Both the position numbers and the translations under genes were made by a program. A stretch of 64,000 nt of DNA from Camelus ferus (Eukaryota): contig NC_045697.1 in assembly GCF_009834535.1 (NCBI RefSeq), forward strand, positions 93,436,001-93,500,000, in the 5' to 3' direction. Shown here piece after piece: positions 13,951 to 26,599 of this stretch. The notes below the pieces were generated by a model. That model ran no database searches and was not told the DNA's origin. It saw nothing but the letters and a program-made list of their open reading frames with translations. Numbering within the stretch: the first letter of the stretch is position 1; the number at the start of each line of letters is the position of its first letter.

Positions 13951-16192
13951 GAGACACCAATGCTTCAAGCTCTTTTCCTGGAGGTACACATTGAGCATAT
14001 ATTGTCTACAGTTAAACTTCTACATATATGAATAAAAGAAAACTAAGAAATATATTCATTGCTAGGTCTAGTCTTTATTCTTAATATTTTTAAATTCATT
14101 CTTACTAAATTAGTATTAAGGATAGTGATCTTAGAAAATATATCAATTTAATATGCTAGTAATTATATCATGTTATACATTGTATATAAATGTATTATGC
14201 TGTTATGTAAATGTATTTATTATGCATTATCAACTAGGCATCCTAAAATTCAAGAAAGGAATAGATAAATAAGTATTACTATAGCATTATTTTCATGTCT
14301 GCAGAAAGATTAGAGTTACATTTTGTCGCTATCGTTACCCTCTTTTTTAAATAAAATCTAAGTATAAACACTTCAATATTAATGTGAAACATCATCTTAG
14401 ATTTTATGTATCTTTCTTAGATATTTTATATAGCCCTTAAAATTGAGAAATTTGAAATAAAAATAAAAATTGTAGAATGTAATTCATAAGAAAATGGATA
14501 TGTAACAATTTTTTAAACCTAAGATTTTACAAAATACATATATATGAATATCTTTAATTCCTTTATTAATTTCTATTATAAACTTAAATATTACAATGAA
14601 AATAAAGTTTATCAGGAAAATATAGAAGCCTATAGATAACATTAATTTTTATTCCCTCTGAAAAATATGAATGTCATAGTCTTAATATCAGTGTAGAAAT
14701 GTATTTAGTTCTCCTTTTTTATTGTGTAAGTAGTGTGAAACAATTGTCATTTAAAAATCCATGTGGACATAAATTTAAACCCTGGCTATGAAATTGCTTC
14801 AATATTAAGATGAGCTCTAGGGATAGGTTTTAAATTCCAATCTTTTAAAAAAATTTATATGTCTTTGATGAGCAATTTCTCATGTTCATTCCAATGAACA
14901 ATAATGTCAGGATAATCAAAAACAAGAATTTCAATTCCAAACATATCTCCAGAGATGACATCAATATAAAAGCAATTTTTATCTGGATAGGTTTTGAATT
15001 TTTACTATTTCTAGAGAATTTGTGGTGTTTCTTTATTGATGGATAAATAACACAGTATTACTTACTTTGATACTAAGTCAGATTAATGTATTATGCCACA
15101 TCATATTTGTTTCACATGTCACTCTCATGCAGAAAACATGATTTTTAAATCCTTCTTATCTATTCATTTATCAGTTTATTACTATGTACATTTAATACCT
15201 GTTTCACCTGCTATTTCACATCATTTTGATCTTCTATCACAAAATATCTTATGACAGCTTTTCTTTATTGTGTGTTTATATTTTCTGAAGACAATGTATA
15301 TTAACTCACTTCATTCTCCCAATAACTCAATAAGGAACCATGTCATGGAGAGAACATGATCTCTCCTTGATCAGAGAGCAAGTCAAGGTGAGGACCCAGA
15401 TTTTAGGCTAATAGCCTCTTCTACTGTCTATGCCTCTAATCACTAATGACAGGCTCTAAATAAACATTTCTCAGGAACTAATTTAGTGACTGAATATATA
15501 TGAGTTAGTATTTTATACATAAAATAATATGATACATTATAATTTAATCATTTAAAATTTAAAAAATATTCTTCAATATTTATTTTAGGTATATATTTGA
15601 CATTTAATGTTTTCTCTCCTATATCTATAAATACATTTAAATATTAGTGTTTTGGGTAAAATCATACAAAGAAATAATTTCAAATTTCTTTTTGCTTGAA
15701 TAATTAAAAATTAATAGAAAAGTCAAAGATAGTTTTAGTATTATTTTAAAAACTTAAAAATACTTAACTTCTGTAATTTTATATCTAGGCTAATTCTAAT
15801 ACAGTTTTAAATAAGGAAAACATCATATAAATTATATAGATGGATGTTAGATAGGTAGAGAAATGTCTGGGGTCAAAGAGTGAGGAAGTGTAGGACTTTA
15901 AGAAAAAGAAGAAAGGCATGCAAAGGAGACTAGAAACAACATGAACTTTAAAAGCTAGTTACTTTTGTTTGATCAGAGTCAATGTTTGTAATGGGTTCTT
16001 GAGACGACATGATTATTATCAAGAACGTAGTCAGTTTTGTGTGCCTAGCTTAGTCATATTTGAGTGCAATTCTACCAGAGAAAGTGAGAAATTACATTAT
16101 AGTCACTTATTTCAGAAAAGTGAAAACTAGAAAGAGAGAGAAGATATAAAGGAGATTTTTTAAAAAGATCAATATTTGGTGTCCTGTACATG

Positions 16193-16850
16193 TGAGACAG
16201 GAAGGGGACAGGGCACAGCCATTCAAGGAATGCTACAGCAATTAACATCAAAATGGTGAAAGATTCAACCCCCAGTAGGCCTTGAGGCTCAAGATGGTGG
16301 GAGATTTCACTTCTAGCAGACCTTGAGCTCCATTATATGCCTATTGTAATATATTAGTATGATGAATAACATGTTCACAGGCCCTGTGACAGTCCCAAGG
16401 CTAGCCACAAAAGGTCAAAGAGTGGAAAATGGCCAACTTCCTGGGAATCCTAACCCCTTCCCCAGGCTAGTTAGACTGGTCCTTCCATATATTAGCATAT
16501 GAAGCCACTAAGCCCATAAAAACTGGCAACAGGGAGCCTCATGACCGCCACCCTTTTTCGCTCCCTCCTCTTTGCAGACGGCCTGCACTCTTGTTTATGG
16601 AGTGTGTACCTACTTTTACTTCAACCTGAGCACCCAATTCCCACACCTCTTTCCTTGCCTTTCTCTTGCCTTACACTCTATGCAGTATGTATCTCTCTAA
16701 ATAAATTTACCTTTACTCAACTGTGGCTCACTTTTGAATTCTTTCCTGCGCAAAGTCAAGGACCCACACTTAGCAGGGCATGTCCTAGGGGCTCAACCAA
16801 AGCCTGGGACATGACCCTTTTCATATCCCACATCTGTTTTTCCTCCATCA
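16193..16850 (+). mobile_element. ERV1-class solo LTR (658 bp)
   Basis: TG...CA termini with an exact CATG TSD (16189-16192 and 16851-16854). TATA-like cataaaa near 16515 and AATAAA at 16700-16705, followed by a MER41-like U5 (tgaattctttcctgcgcaaagtcaagga). Confidence 0.88.
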
Positions 16851-17029
16851 CATGTAGGTAATAGTGTAAATGGTAACAAATGAGAGTATCAAAAGTAGAA
16901 AAGTTCACAGCTTAAGCAAAACTTATTTGTTACAACATGGATAGAATCATATCCTTAAAAGGTATCAGGATATCATCAGGCCTGTGAACAGAAATGCATG
17001 TACAGGTGAATGGATGATAGATAAAGACA

Positions 17030-17070
17030 CAGATAGACAGACAGACAGACAGACAGACAAAGATAGAGAT
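17030..17070. repeat. (GACA)n/(GATA)n microsatellite
   Basis: Seen directly. Confidence 0.9.
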
Positions 17071-18099
17071 ATATTACATGAGCATGACCAAGAAAATTCA
17101 CAGAATTAATTGCCATTCAATTTACTGTCCCTGAAGCAAAATCTGGAAGAAATGTTTCTCAAATCTTACACTCACCATCCAACTTACTTTACTCCAAGTA
17201 CAGATGGTAAAAGTTTTATGAGACTTTGCATCAAGTAAGTATCGTAGAAAGACTGGACTAATGGTATGATATGAAAGATAGCAACTTAAACACATTTTAA
17301 CATATTTAAACGTATCATTTCTAGTAGAAATTTAGACAGGAAAAAATACATATAATTTGACTGTGACAATATGGAGAACATAGGTGGAATTCAGAATGAG
17401 CCTTGAAGGGTTAGTAAGCAATAGGGAGGGGAAAAAATTAGAAAAATATAAAGCAATACCCAACAAAGTTTATAGAAAAAGTAAGGCATTCCAGATAAGG
17501 GGAAGTACATAAATGTTTAATAGGAAACACTTTCTGGTAGGCAGAGGTTCTCTTTGTATGATTTGAGTAAGAGGGCTATCCATGTGAATGACACTTCCCA
17601 GCCAAGCTGTGAGACTTCAATGTGAGCCATTTCCTTTCATTGTTTTCTATGAATATGCCTTCTGCTGCTGCTTTTCTTCTTATGTAATACTTGAGCTCAT
17701 AGATTTATCTGATCAAGTTCTCTAGTTTAGAGGCAAATGAGAGGGCTGGCTAATTTCAGGGCAAATTTAGTTGTTGTTTTTTTTTTCTTCCTCCCCATAC
17801 AATGTGCTTGAATCCTTATTAAGGCTTTATCATTCTAATCTCTTAAGTGATGGCACAGCAGTCTTAATTTGCACCATCTAACACAATTATCTTTTAGAAA
17901 AGAAGTCATAATTATTTGTAACGGAAAATATAAATATGCCTTTGACCCTCCCAGTCTTTCAGATATTTGTATAACTGTGTTGTCCAAATACGCCTTCTGA
18001 GTCTCCTTTGGTGTCATTGTTTATTTTAAGACAGACCAGCCACTGCCAGCTGTGGTTAACAAATGCTCTAAAAGAACAAAGGCAAGAGAGGCTACCTGA

Positions 18100-18370
18100 C
18101 ATTGTGGGTGAATAACCCTGTAGTACTCTGGACTCTAGTAAGCCTGTCCGTGTTTGGATCCAGGCTGACCATATCAGTTTTGTGATCTTGCAACTTTGAC
18201 TTCTCAGTTCTTCATTTTCCTTATCTGTAAAAAAAAACCAAAAAAAACAAAAAAAGAGGATAGTAACAATAATGACTTAACTCCTATAGTAGTCATGTGG
18301 AATAAATGAATTAATATTTGTAAAGCAAATAGTGTGTAATATATAATAGAGTCTACACAAATGTTAAATA
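18100..18370 (+). mobile_element. MIR SINE
   Basis: Core tctcagttcttcattttccttatctgtaaaa...ggatagtaacaat, then aataaatgaattaatatttgtaaagca. Confidence 0.75.
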
Positions 18371-20530
18371 AAACAAACTTGGTTATGTCGTTCAATAATA
18401 TAGTTCTTTCTAGGATGTCAATTTAAAGATTTCATCATTAATTTTTTTTTCTGTATGATTAAGATTTAGTTAGTCAATACGTATAATTAAAATAGCACAG
18501 CCTTTGATTCATAGAAGGTACTCAATGCATTGTACATGTTATTAATCTTCACATTATTATAAGATAATAACAATTTTATTTGCTGAAAAATCAACAATGC
18601 AAGAAACTCTTAAGTTATGAAATGTAGCACAAATGAGCAAAAATACGTTTAAAATAATCATGTCTTCAAAAAGAAAATATACATATAAGGCTTCAGAAGG
18701 AAAGAAAAGAAGGAAAGTGTGCATAAAAGGGGTTTATAATATTTTATAATAAATATTGTGCAATAAAAGGATTGTGAAAAAAGTGAAATGAGTTAAATAA
18801 CTAGAGATCATATACAAAATCATTGTTTTGAATATGGCACAATGGATAAAAGAGATAAAATATTCTTAATAATGGAAATTTTTAGCTGAAGTTTAATTAG
18901 GAAAGAATTCTTTGACCAATGAAAAATGAATATCTACCTCTCTTTATCAAAGCATGGGTCAGAGAGTTACATGAAATCATGGAAGGTCCAACTGGTAATA
19001 TCAGTTTAAGTATAAGGGACAGTAGTTACCTGGGAACAGAAATCACACCTGGACCATTAAGAAGAAAAGAACTACTTTTGAATTAGGTTAATAGGCAATA
19101 TATTTAAAGATTGTGACACAAAATGATGGGCAGCCAATAACTAATAACTTGTCATGGTAAAAAATTAGGCTGGGATATGTGTTGTAACTGTGTAACACAA
19201 GAATATGGCAACTTTATGTCAAAAGACCACACTTTCATGCATAAGTGTCTGGGAAATTAGAGGCCAACATAATGAAGAATTAGATATCTACATGCTAAAA
19301 ATCTGACAGATATAATAACAATGAATCTAGGTCAGTAGTTATTTATTTAAGGAAAAAAGCAATAGTAACAGCAATATAAAGTCATGGAGAACATAAGGCA
19401 AGTTAAGTAATAGCTATTCCCTCAGAAATTTTTTGGAACTTCCATCCATTTTGAGAATAAATGCACTATATAGAAGTCCTGTAGTATATGAAAAGGAGGA
19501 ACTTTACTAAATTCCAAATTTAAAAACTTTGTGATCTCCAGTGTATACTTTTAATATGCTTGCTAATTTATGGAAATGAAACATCTCTATCACTTAATAA
19601 GATTAGTAGATTTTTTGTCCCATATAAATGGGCAGCATAAAAAAATTTTTCGAGAAATACTTCTCTAGGTGTTAAAAATTATCTGGTTGACACTTGTAAT
19701 TTCATCACCTCTCATACTATTTCAAGTCAAGAAGGAAACAATGGGTGCTACTTACCTGTTCTGGCAGTTTCTTAAAGCTAGTTGGAGTAACCCATCTTTG
19801 TAATCTGATGCCTAGCTAAATGACATTGAGTTTCATTATATTCTTATATTTCTAGTACAGGAAGAACATAATTTGTTTTTGATGCAAAATAGAAAGCAAA
19901 GAGCTCATTTGAGCATTGTACAGAGAATTAAAAAAAAGAAGGGGCTGACCTGGTGAAAATTACATATTCATGGAATATATTACAGTAAATTGTTCTGTTT
20001 CTAAACAAAATCCTGTAATCTTTAAATGGTAAATCTCCTTTGGCTGCAATGAGTTTTTCCTGCATCTGGACTACAATATCACATCTTTACTTTCTTATTA
20101 ATGATACATGTTCTTCATTTTTCAAAACAAAGCCATTTTGGAAAAAGTATTTGCAAATAAAAATGTAAAACTAGGCAATATTTTCTTCAAATGGTTATTT
20201 ATACAAATAGGTTGTAATCTGATTTTTTTTTTTTTAATTTAAGAAAGGACCACTGTTGTGTTCTTCATGGTACTTTTAATAACAAAGTAAACTGAATCTT
20301 TCAGTTTGGTGTTTCTTTTTACTTCTAGGAGAGAAATGATAATGGCTATACTTTGTATCTTTTCAATGTAATTAAAAGTCATTTAAAATATGATATTGTT
20401 AGATATGGATCATAAATATACATTTGTATGCACAAAATAATATGTAATATATATAATAATATTGATATACATATATGCAAATGTAAACATATACACACTG
20501 ATACATCCTAACACTACTCCAATTAGACCA

Positions 20531-20534
<4 letters not shown>

Positions 20535-20565
<31 letters not shown>
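20535..20565. repeat. (TG)n microsatellite
   Basis: Seen directly. Confidence 0.95.
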
Positions 20566-20567
<2 letters not shown>

Positions 20568-22627
20568 CACCAGATGATATATATATCAGACTAGACAACC
20601 TCTGGATCAGATACGATTTTTGAAGTTGAAATTGTAGGGTCAATACATATATAGTGTTTACACACACACATATAAATACACAAAGATGCAAATATCTGAC
20701 TCCTGGGTTGGAGGAAGACATCTTATTTACTTAGAGAGTATCTTGCATTGGATTCTGCTGTTGGCCTTAAGTAAAAAGAAAAATAATCAAGTTAATTTAT
20801 TAAAGAAATCCCTGGAATAATTTTTAAATGTTAATTCCTTCTCAAGATTTTTATTTATTTTTCAATGTTAAGTTGTATTAAAATGACATTAAAGTGCAAA
20901 TTGCATAGCAAGTAAACTTTGGAAAATACATTTTAAATTACATATTCTTTTAAAAAATATTGTTTCTGAAAACCTCTCTGTCTCATGCAATTATTTATTT
21001 AAAATTGTTAAGTCATAAACTTGCTTTCCTCTGTAACTAGCCACCCAGATTAAAAATGTTAGCAATCAGATGAAATTGTAATTTTCTATACTTCAAAATT
21101 TTCCAAGTTCTGGTATCATTTAACTGTTTAAACACTTGGTCCTCATATAACTTGCTGAACTTTACTTATCATTTAAATGAAATAAGCATTGAATCTCATC
21201 TAGCTAGTATTGATGAAGGTGCAAGTGAATTATCAGATTTAATACTATATTAATTTAATTTAATGTTTCTTTAGGGAGCACAGTTTCATGCTATTTCATG
21301 TTATGTTAGAATAAAAAAATGGGATTTTAAACCTTAGGCATTACATTGAAATACATAATTATGAGATTATGGTAATACTTGTACACATTTATCCCTCTAT
21401 TTGTATCCTAGTAGGCTGAAATATCACAGTATAATTTTCCAGCTCTGCTAATGTAAAATCCCCACAAGTGTCTATAATTATAAATACAAATAATACAAAC
21501 ATTTTTTCAAGATCAATAGAAATATTTGTCTAATTTATTATTCTTAAGACTGTGCCTGAAGTCCTGCTTTCAGTGTTATTCAGTAAACTAGGAAAAATGT
21601 ATTATTTGAAAATTAGACTCCTGACACCTAAGTCAGACTTCTTTATCTCTGAAACATAGACAATTTATGCAAGTACAACTTACTTTTAAATTCAAATCTA
21701 ATTCAATCATGTATTTAGGTTCATTTTATCAAAATCCTACTTAGAATATTCACAAAGAGCCAGACTTTCTATTAAAAAATAAAGTTACAAAGATTAATTT
21801 CTTATTTGTAAATTCCAGTGGCTTCCTAAGTAAATGTCTTTTAGAGTATGCTTTCTCCCAGTTCCAATTTGTGTTACAAAAATTATTTCTTATTTTTGAA
21901 TTCTTTATGTATCTGCACTTATATCCCCAACTTATAGAGTAAATTGACTGAGTTAGAAAGTAGACTCTGTTTCCTTCAAAATCTCCATAGTGTTATAAAA
22001 TATGTCTTGTAAGGTTAGTTAATTCCGTAACATGAAATTCCATTTTCAATTATTTGTATTAATGTATGAAGCAGATGTGAATAACCAGAAATCAATTTGT
22101 ATTCATCCATAGAGAACATTTGAATTTATATTGGAATGTGGAAGTGTTGAAGATCTGAATTCAGTTAATACAATATAACCACATGAACAAGAATGTGATT
22201 AGAAGTTGCTAAGCTGTCAAATATCCTCATCTTTCTCCAATACACAACTACTCCTTGAAATTTCCTCTGGGGAGGAAACACTTTGTTTTCTCAGTTTTTC
22301 TTGTAATGTTTCCTTGAAGTGAGGTCTTTAGTTATTTGCAATTTATATTCCCTCTTTGTCTGCAAAGAAAAACTTTTAAACTGCATATATTCAATAGCAA
22401 ACAGAGGAATTTGAGATGTCTACAAATGAATATTAATTAGAGTTGAAGTCTGAAGCAATTGTAATGGAGAAATAAAACAATGTGCTGTAACAAACCATTT
22501 TTATAAAACCCTGGAGTGATAATATCCAGAGTAATAATGAATGAATGGCAAAGTATAAAAAGATTTTCATAAAAGTATGGCTTGCGACTTCAGAAACATG
22601 AATGTATATACTATTAATTAACACTAT

Positions 22628-22641
22628 GAGTGCATACATTA
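22628..22641 (+). repeat. Left TSD of the HSPA8 retrocopy (GAGTGCATACATTA)
   Basis: Identical 14-mer at 24892-24905. Confidence 0.95.
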
Positions 22642-24891
22642 CTCATTGAACGCGGCAGAAACTCTTCAGATTGCAGTTCTTTCCTTGAACAGAGCCGGGC
22701 CTATGCATCAGCAGCAATGTCTCAGGGACCTGCGGCTGGCATTGGTCTTGGCAGCACCTACTCCTGTGTGGGTGTCTTCTAGCACGGGAAAGTAGAGGTA
22801 CTTGCCGGTGATCAGGGAAACCCAACCGCCCCAAGCTGTGTTGCTTTCACCCATATCGAATGATTGATCGTTTGATGCTGCAAAGAACCAAGTTGCGATG
22901 AACCCCACCAGCACCGTTTTTGATGCCAAATGCCTCATTGGACGAAGATTTGATTATGCTGTTGTCCAATCTGATACGAAGCATTGGTCCTTCATGGTGG
23001 TGAATGACGCAGGCAGGCCTAAGGTCCAGGTAAAATACAAGGGAGAGACAAAAAGCTTGTATCCAGAGGAGGTGTCATCCGTGGTTTTGACAAAGATGGA
23101 GGAAACTGCAGAAGCCTACCTTGGGAAGACTGTTACCAATGCTGATGTCACAGTACCCACTTATTTCAATGACTCTCAGCATCAGGCTACCAAAGATGCT
23201 GGAACTATTGCTGGTCTCAAAGTACTTAGAATCATTAATGAGCCAACTGCTGCTGCTATTGCTAATGGCTTAGACGAAAAGGTTGGAGCTGAAAGAAATG
23301 TGCTGATCTTTGACTTGGGTGGTGGCACTTTTGATGTGTCAACCCTTACTATTGAGGATGGAATCTTTGATGTCAAATCTACTGCCGGAGATACCCACTT
23401 TGGTGGAGAGGACTTTGACAACCGAATCGTCAACCATTTTATTGCAGAGTTCAAGCGAAAGCACAAGAAGGACATCAGCGAGAACAAGAGGGCTGTCCGT
23501 CGCCTCTGCACTGCTTGTGAGCGTGCTAAGTGCACTCTCTCTTCCAGCACCCAGGTCAGTATTGAGATTGATTCCCTCTATGAAGGAATCGACTTCTATA
23601 CCTCTATTACCCGTGCCCGATTTGAAGAATTAAATGCTGACCTGTTCTGTGGCACCCTGGACCCTGTGGAGAAAGCTCCTCGGGATGCAAAACTAGACAA
23701 GTCTCAGATCCATGACATTGTCCTGGTGGGAGGCTCAACCCGTATCCCCAGGATTCAGAAACTTCTGCAGGACTTCTTCAATGGGAAAGAACTGAATAAG
23801 AGCATCAACCCTGATGAGGCTGTTGCTTATGGTGCAGCTGTCCAGGCAGCCATTTTATCTGGAGACAAATCTGAAAATGTTCAAGACTTGCTGCTATTGG
23901 ATGTCACTCCTCTTTCCCTTGGAATCAAAACTGCTGGTGGAGTCATGACCATCCTCATCAAGCAGCAATACCACCATTCCCACTAAGCAGACGCAAACCT
24001 TCACCACCTACTCCGACAACCAGCCTGGTGTGCTCATTCAGGTTTATGATGGTGAGCAGTGCCATGACCAAGGATAACAACCTACTTGGCAAGGTTGAAC
24101 TCACAGGCATTCCTCCTGCCCCCTGTGGCGTTCCTCAGATTGAAGTCACTTTTGATATTGATGCCAATGGAATCCTTAATGTGTCTGCTGTGGATAAGAG
24201 CACAGGGAAAGAGAACAAGATTACCATCACAAACAACAAGGGCCCTTTGAGCAAGGAAGACATAGAGCACACGGTCCAGGAAGCTGAGAAGTACAAAGCT
24301 GAAGATGAGAAGCAGTGGGACAATGTGTCTTCTAAGAATTCACTTGAATCCTATGCTTTCAACATGAAAGCTACTGTTGAAGATGAAAAACTTCAAGGCA
24401 AGATCAATGATAAAGACAAACAGAAGACTCTTGATATGTGTAATGAAATAATCAACTGGCTTGATAAGAACCAGACTGCACAGAAGGAGGAATTTGAACA
24501 TCAACAGAAGGAGCTGGAAAAAGTCTGCAACCTGATCATTACCAAGCTGTACCAGAGTGCAGGAGGCATGCCAGGGGCTTCCCTGGCAGCGGAGCTCCTC
24601 CATCTGGTGGTGCCTCCTCTGGGCCCACCACTGAAGAGGTTGATTAAGCCAACCTCATAGGTTTAGCATTGTTCCACATAAAACATTGAAGGACCCAAAT
24701 TTGTAGCAAATTCCATGGCAGTTTTAAAGTTGAGCTGCTATAGTAAATAACTGGGCATTCTTGATACTTAAATATGGAAAATGTGCGTAGGGAAAGGAAG
24801 TAACATTGCACTTTATAAGCACTGTATTTTAAGTGGGAAATGCAATGTCTTAAATAAAACTGTATTTAAAATTGGCACACGCACAAAAAAA
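22642..24891 (+). pseudogene. HSPA8: Processed (retro) pseudogene of heat shock cognate 71 kDa protein HSC70
   Basis: Intronless. Starts at ctcattgaac (HSPA8 mRNA 5' end as recalled), ATG at 22717, ancestral stop ...EEVD-TAA ending 24647, AATAAA at 24853-24858, short A tail. Lesions: TAG at 22780 (codon 22), TGA at 22861 (codon 49), +1 frameshifts near 22872, 23964 and 24058, and a frameshifting deletion in the GGMP repeat near 24575. ORF fragments carry HSPA8-type residues ([57 protein letters not shown]). Confidence 0.97.
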
Positions 24892-24905
24892 GAGTGCATA
24901 CATTA
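24892..24905 (+). repeat. Right TSD of the HSPA8 retrocopy (GAGTGCATACATTA)
   Basis: Identical 14-mer at 22628-22641, directly after the residual A tail. Confidence 0.95.
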
Positions 24906-25609
24906 ATTACCAAGAAGAACAGAAAAAAGTGGGAAGAGTAAATACATATTAATTTCTATAATAAAATTACCTAGTAGAATATATTTTAAAAATGTTTCAA
25001 AATGTAAATCGAACCTAAAATATCTCGGGGGCAGAAACAGTGTAAACAAAACTAGTTACAGAATCAAAAAAAAAAAAAAAAAAAAAACAGATTCTTAGCA
25101 ACTTCACTTGGCAAATTAGCCAGGTAGCTTATCCGCCAACTAGCACTGACTCTTATTTATAAAAAGAATAGTATAAAATATATTTGTGAAAATTAAACAC
25201 GGTATTCATAAAGTATTAGTGTTAGAATATTAGACTACTAATTTTCAAACCATCAGTTTTGAATCATTACCATCTCAATTCCTCTTTGTTGTCTTTACCT
25301 TGTTCAAATTTTTCAGTCCATGGAACTTTGTTCTATCTCCTGTTCCCTTATTTCTTCCTTTATTTATTGTCTGTGAAATGTGGTCTTTTGGTCCAAGGCT
25401 AATTCCATAAAGATTATTGTGTTTATCCTCTATGCTGTCCTCCTTCAATCCCTACAGCAGGAATCATTAATTTTGCAATTACTGAATTTATCTATGATTG
25501 ACTCTCTTACTTGACGTTCCTTACATGTCTACTTTTTAGAACTGTACTGTCACACACAAAGAAAATGATAAAAAATGTTCATGGTTTGGAATTTTTTCAT
25601 TGCAAGTGA

Positions 25610-26480
25610 TTTCCAGATATTTTTACCTTTGTGCTAGGAATTTTACTGTTTTTTAAGTCTCATGTTCGAGTCTTTAATACATTTTGGGTTGATTTTTGTG
25701 TATGGTGTTAAGATAGTGGTCCAGTTTCATTCTTTTGTGTGTGACAGCCCAGTTTTTCCAATATGATGTATTGAAGAGACTTTACTTTCCCCACTGTATG
25801 TTCTTGACTACTTTGTCATAATTGGCCATGTATGCATGGGTTTATTTCCAGGATCTCTGTTCTGTTCTATTAATCTATGCGTCTATTCTTTCATGAATAC
25901 TACACTCTGTTGATTACAGTAGCTTTATTTTAAGTCTTAGAGTCAGGTGGTATCTGTCCTTTGGCTTTGTTCTCTTTCAGTATCATATTGGATATTATGA
26001 ATCTTTTCCCTCTCCAGGTAGACTCAATAAGCAGTTTGTTGATATCCACCAAATAATTTGCTGGGTTTTGGTTTAGGGTTGCATTGAGTCTATAGAACAA
26101 GTTGGGAAAACTGACATCCTGACAATATTGAGTCTTCCTTCCTGTGAACATGGACTACGTCTCCACTTATTTGGTTGTTCCTTATTTTCATTTATCAGAG
26201 TTTTTGTAGTTTCCTTCATAAAGATCTTATACCTATCTTGTTGCATCTACCCGTAAGTGCTTCCTTGAGTGCTAATGTAAATAGTATTATATGTGTATGT
26301 TACGTCTTTGATAGTTGTCACACAGTCCTTGGATAAGCCGTTTTGTTTTTTTCATTCTTTGTTATGTTCACTTTTCTGCTTTGGTGGTTTCCGTTGAGAT
26401 ATCCTCGAGCTCAGAAGATCCTTTCCTCAGCTGTGTCCAGTCTACTGATAAGTAAATCAAAGACAGTCTTCATTTGTTAT
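25610..26480 (-). mobile_element. L1M fragments: ORF2 C-terminal part, then an ORF1-region piece
   Basis: Minus ORF 25930-26151 (GRKTQYCQDVSFPNLFYRLNA...KRFIISNMILKENKAKG) is decayed L1 ORF2. 26300-26480 (tcagctgtgtccagtctactgataag) resembles the L1M ORF1 region. Confidence 0.8.
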
Positions 26481-26599
26481 AGTATATAAGCCAGTTTTCT
26501 GGTATGGAATTCATTATCACAAGGAGAAGATGGGTCCCATAAGTAAAAATGCTGAACTTCAATGGCAAATATAGGCAATAATGATTCACCATCTCCTTT

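Noticed and set aside
19750..19860. Possible minus-strand exon (CAG/GTAAGT donor near 19755)
   Set aside because: The acceptor is ambiguous and there is no recognisable peptide; such motifs are expected by chance in 64 kb.
23182..24603. Antisense and alternative-frame ORFs over the HSP70 sequence
   Set aside because: Open antisense frames are a known by-product of HSP70 codon usage; there is no independent support.
22717..24647. Functional intronless HSP70 gene (HSPA1/HSPA2-like)
   Set aside because: Residues and UTRs are HSPA8-type, and two early stops, four frameshifts, an A tail and a TSD show a disabled retrocopy.
25066..25087. A22 tract as the retrocopy tail or a 3' transduction
   Set aside because: It lies outside the right TSD (24892-24905) and has no duplication of its own.
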